Assembly (NCBI GenBank): GCA_041686235.1
Contig: JAWLED010000005.1
Coordinates: forward strand, 1 to 62,360
Direction of reading: 5' to 3'
Origin: Spirochaetia bacterium
GTDB taxonomy: Bacteria > Spirochaetota > Spirochaetia > DSM-27196 > PWMO01
DNA: 62,360 nt
A program made the position numbers and the translations under genes. This document shows, in pieces, positions 59,884 through 62,360 of the stretch. The notes under the pieces are model-generated. The model did not search any database, had not been told where the DNA came from, and saw only the letters and a list, made by a program, of their open reading frames with translations. The stretch's first letter is position 1, and every line of letters begins with the position of its first letter.

Positions 59884-62360
59884 CACGCTTCCTCCTCGAC
59901 GAGCTCGCGGGCCTCTTCGGTCCATTCCGAGTTCGGAAAGTTCTCCTCGAGTTGCTCGAGGATGCTCCGTGCCTCGGCCTCACCACCGGCAAGTATACTT
60001 GCCTCCGTGGCACGGTAGAGCGCTTGCGCGGTGAGCCCGCTGTCCTCGGGATACGTAGCGGCGGCATTGAGAAACGCATCCCGTGCTTCGGTGGGTTCAG
60101 ACTGTCGAACGTAATACTCACCCAACAGGAAGTACGCCTCCGAAGCTGCTTGCGGATCCTCGTCCTCTTTTTCAGCCGTCGATTTCAACAACGGCACGAT
60201 CAGATTCTCTCGCTCGATATCGCCGCCGCCGTCGCGAATGGCAATCCGTGCCGCTTCGAGAACGGCTCGACGGCCTTCTTCGGTTTTCGTCCGCCGGTTC
60301 TGCTCGATGCGAACCCACAATTCCGCCTCTCTCTCGGAGAGCCCTCCGATGCGCAACAGCAATTCGTCAATGCGCTCTTCGGCGTTCACCGCCTCCGCTT
60401 GGCGGGGATAGGTGGATATCAGGCGACTGTAGAGATTGAGGGCGCGACGATAGTCACCGCGGTCACGGTGCACTTCGGCCGCCCGCTGCATCGCATCCGC
60501 GCGAAACGAGCTCTGCCGGTGCTCCTCGATGAGCTCCTCCCACAACAACAGTGCCCCCGACGCTTCGCCCACCTCAAATGCGCTTACGCCTCCCCAATAC
60601 AATGCAGGACCGATCAAATCGCCCTCGGGGAAGTTTGCCCGATACTCGAAAAAGGCCTGCCGTGCCTCGCTGTACTCCTGGGATTGAAACAGCACCTCTC
60701 CGCGCCGGTACATACCTTCTTCCGACAACCCGCTTTCGGGGTACCGCTCGAACAACACCCGATACTGTGAAACCGCTTCCTCGAGACGCCCCCGTCGCTC
60801 CAAGCTCTCCGCGTACTCGAACAGCGCGTCATCGGCAAGCTCCGAATCGGGGGAATCGGCAAAGACATTTCGAAACTGCGTGTCGGCGTCGTTATACTGC
60901 TCCGTCGCTTTGAGACTTCGTCCCAGAAGCAGCGTTGCCTCCAACTCGACTTGCTCGTCTTCTGCGAGCGAAACCGCTCTTCGCAAGAACTCGGCAGCGT
61001 CTTCATGAGCGCTCCGGTTGAACGCGCTCCATCCGGCCAGATACGCGGCGCGGGGGGCGAACTCATGCTCCGACTCGTAGTCGATGAGTGCGGCGAAGAA
61101 TTGCTCGGCCTCCTCGTACCGGGATAGGCGATAGTTCGCCCAGCCCTGATAAAAGAGCGAATACGAGTACATGACAAGAAGCTCGGACTCGTCTTGTAAG
61201 CCCTCGTAGTCGCCCGGGCTGCCCGGCAACTCTTCGAAGGCGGCAATTGCCGACTGATATTCCTTCAGGGCTACATGGGAAAGCGCCTCAATATAGCGAA
61301 CTTGCACGTATACCCCGGGTTGCTCGGTTGCGAGATCCTCGTGGGTGCCGAGTACGTCCTGTACCCGCGTAATGACTTCATCGAAGCGCCCCCCTTCGAA
61401 TAACAGTTTTGCAAGCTCGAGTCGCGCGTCGACGTCTTCGTCGGCAACAGCTAAGTAATCGCGTAAGCTCTGAATTGCCTCGTCTCGCTCTCCCAACCGT
61501 CGGTGCAGCAACGACTTCAGCCACAGGAGATTCTCCTCGTAGTCACCCGCCCGGCCGGAATCCAGCGTCTCCCGTACCTGGGCTAACGCCTCCTCGTCCG
61601 CTCCGAGCCGATACAACGCAAACGCCCGCAAGTATTCGCCTTCGTCGCGAAAGTCGCTGTCGGGATACTCCGTAACTGCTTGGTCTAACGCTTCGCCGGC
61701 AGCTTGTGCATCTTCCTCGTCGAGATAGAGGTTTGCCAATCTCAGAAGGACGCGGTCTCCGAACTCGCCGAGCCCCTGAGAGACCGCCTCTTCGAGGACC
61801 TCGATCGCCTCGTTTGTACGTCCTTGGTTGGTGTGAATCTCGGCGAGATAAAGCGGCACGGTGTCGGGAACGGTACCTTCCTCGAGGTTCCACACCCGAC
61901 TGAGGTAGAGCTCGGCCGTTTCTTCGCGGCCGCTGTTGTAGCTTTGCATGCCGACCTGCATCCAGAGATCTTTGAGGACCTCGCTGCGTCCGGAGAGGGC
62001 CTGCTCGGCATCCTGAACGATCTCGCGCGCCGTCTCAGAGCGGTCGAGCTCCTGCGCCAATTCATACGCACGGCGAAAGGCGGTTCCCGAAATCGCCGGA
62101 CCGGCTTCGGTGAGCTCGAGGAACAGATCCAGCGCCTCGTCTCGGCGCCCAACCGCCCGCAATGCCTCAGCACCGTAGAGTTGCACATTGGTACGCCATT
62201 GTTCGTCGACCACATCCGCGTCGATGCGGTCGTAGAGCTCTACCGCACTCTCGTAATCCTCCTCGCGAATGTAGAGGGACAGCAGCAGAGACAGACCGTA
62301 GGACTCGTCTTCGGCAACGTCGACCTCCGCAAAGAGGTTCTCCAGGCTCTCCACCGCGGG
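59883..62360 (-). CDS. Large TPR-repeat protein (BamD/YbgF-type repeats), 5' end outside window
   Basis: More than 820 aa of consecutive TPR-like repeats (for example YRLSRYEEAEQFFAALIDY, EEAVSQYRVLFERYPES, EARDAFLNAAATYPED). The frame is open to the window edge. Confidence 0.8.
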   Translation of the reverse strand, partial: PAVESLENLFAEVDVAEDESYGLSLLLSLYIREEDYESAVELYDRIDADVVDEQWRTNVQLYGAEALRAVGRRDEALDLFLELTEAGPAISGTAFRRAYELAQELDRSETAREIVQDAEQALSGRSEVLKDLWMQVGMQSYNSGREETAELYLSRVWNLEEGTVPDTVPLYLAEIHTNQGRTNEAIEVLEEAVSQGLGEFGDRVLLRLANLYLDEEDAQAAGEALDQAVTEYPDSDFRDEGEYLRAFALYRLGADEEALAQVRETLDSGRAGDYEENLLWLKSLLHRRLGERDEAIQSLRDYLAVADEDVDARLELAKLLFEGGRFDEVITRVQDVLGTHEDLATEQPGVYVQVRYIEALSHVALKEYQSAIAAFEELPGSPGDYEGLQDESELLVMYSYSLFYQGWANYRLSRYEEAEQFFAALIDYESEHEFAPRAAYLAGWSAFNRSAHEDAAEFLRRAVSLAEDEQVELEATLLLGRSLKATEQYNDADTQFRNVFADSPDSELADDALFEYAESLERRGRLEEAVSQYRVLFERYPESGLSEEGMYRRGEVLFQSQEYSEARQAFFEYRANFPEGDLIGPALYWGGVSAFEVGEASGALLLWEELIEEHRQSSFRADAMQRAAEVHRDRGDYRRALNLYSRLISTYPRQAEAVNAEERIDELLLRIGGLSEREAELWVRIEQNRRTKTEEGRRAVLEAARIAIRDGGGDIERENLIVPLLKSTAEKEDEDPQAASEAYFLLGEYYVRQSEPTEARDAFLNAAATYPEDSGLTAQALYRATEASILAGGEAEARSILEQLEENFPNSEWTEEARELVEEEA

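Noticed and set aside
1-62360. Mobile elements, prophage, defence islands, tRNA/rRNA genes
   Set aside because: No transposase, integrase, recombinase, restriction, Cas or toxin-antitoxin-like products were recognised in any frame. No intergenic space is long enough for rRNA, and none shows tRNA-like cloverleaf features by eye. A dedicated tRNAscan/Infernal run would still be needed to be certain.

Overview
This is a GC-rich, very gene-dense chromosomal core segment with about 58 CDS, many joined by 1-26 nt overlaps, and little non-coding DNA. I recognised no rRNA, tRNA, CRISPR array, transposase, integrase or phage gene. All family calls come from motifs read by eye in the supplied translations; no searches were run.

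The DnaK, GrpE and type-B L31 sequences, together with the very acidic proteins, suggest a possibly halophilic member of Spirochaetota. That placement is inference only.

Gene content in window order:
- An MlaF/MlaD-like envelope operon that also carries a TPR lipoprotein, a LysM-M23 peptidase and a PEGA-like protein.
- PBP1A, a 140-aa mini-ParB and rex.
- A gltX-glyQS-tyrS-ABC permease-ABC ATPase operon.
- A degenerate HD-GYP protein and a TGS-kinase fusion.
- Nitroreductase, then aat-clpA-clpS.
- A YkgJ / TPR-NHL / TPR / surE / GHMP-kinase string.
- Two lnt paralogues, then rpmE-rho-cinA.
- Two bactofilin genes, one next to a response regulator and one next to an LmdC-like M23 peptidase plus YaaR/PSP1.
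- hup and rpsT.
- A heterodimeric ABC exporter pair.
- tatD, a PurD-like pseudoenzyme and an RlmB-like methyltransferase.
- grpE-dnaK-dnaJ.
- A 1129-aa membrane-anchored coiled-coil protein.
- A TPR / beta-rich secreted protein / exbB / exbD / TonB-like / HAD operon.

Best candidates for undescribed biology:
1. The giant TM-coiled-coil protein ending in a short HTH-like module (51781-55170).
2. The ExbBD-TonB-like motor operon, whose partners are a non-canonical beta-rich protein and a giant TPR protein (55251-62360).
3. The mini-ParB with a C-terminal amphipathic helix, coupled to PBP1A (8159-8581).
4. The Mla-like/M23 envelope operon (5-5457).
5. An unusually GC-rich structured intergenic element upstream of grpE (51624-51780).

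Several housekeeping genes carry in-frame minisatellites or long low-complexity inserts: the ABC ATPase, Lnt, Rho, ClpA and the TonB-like protein.
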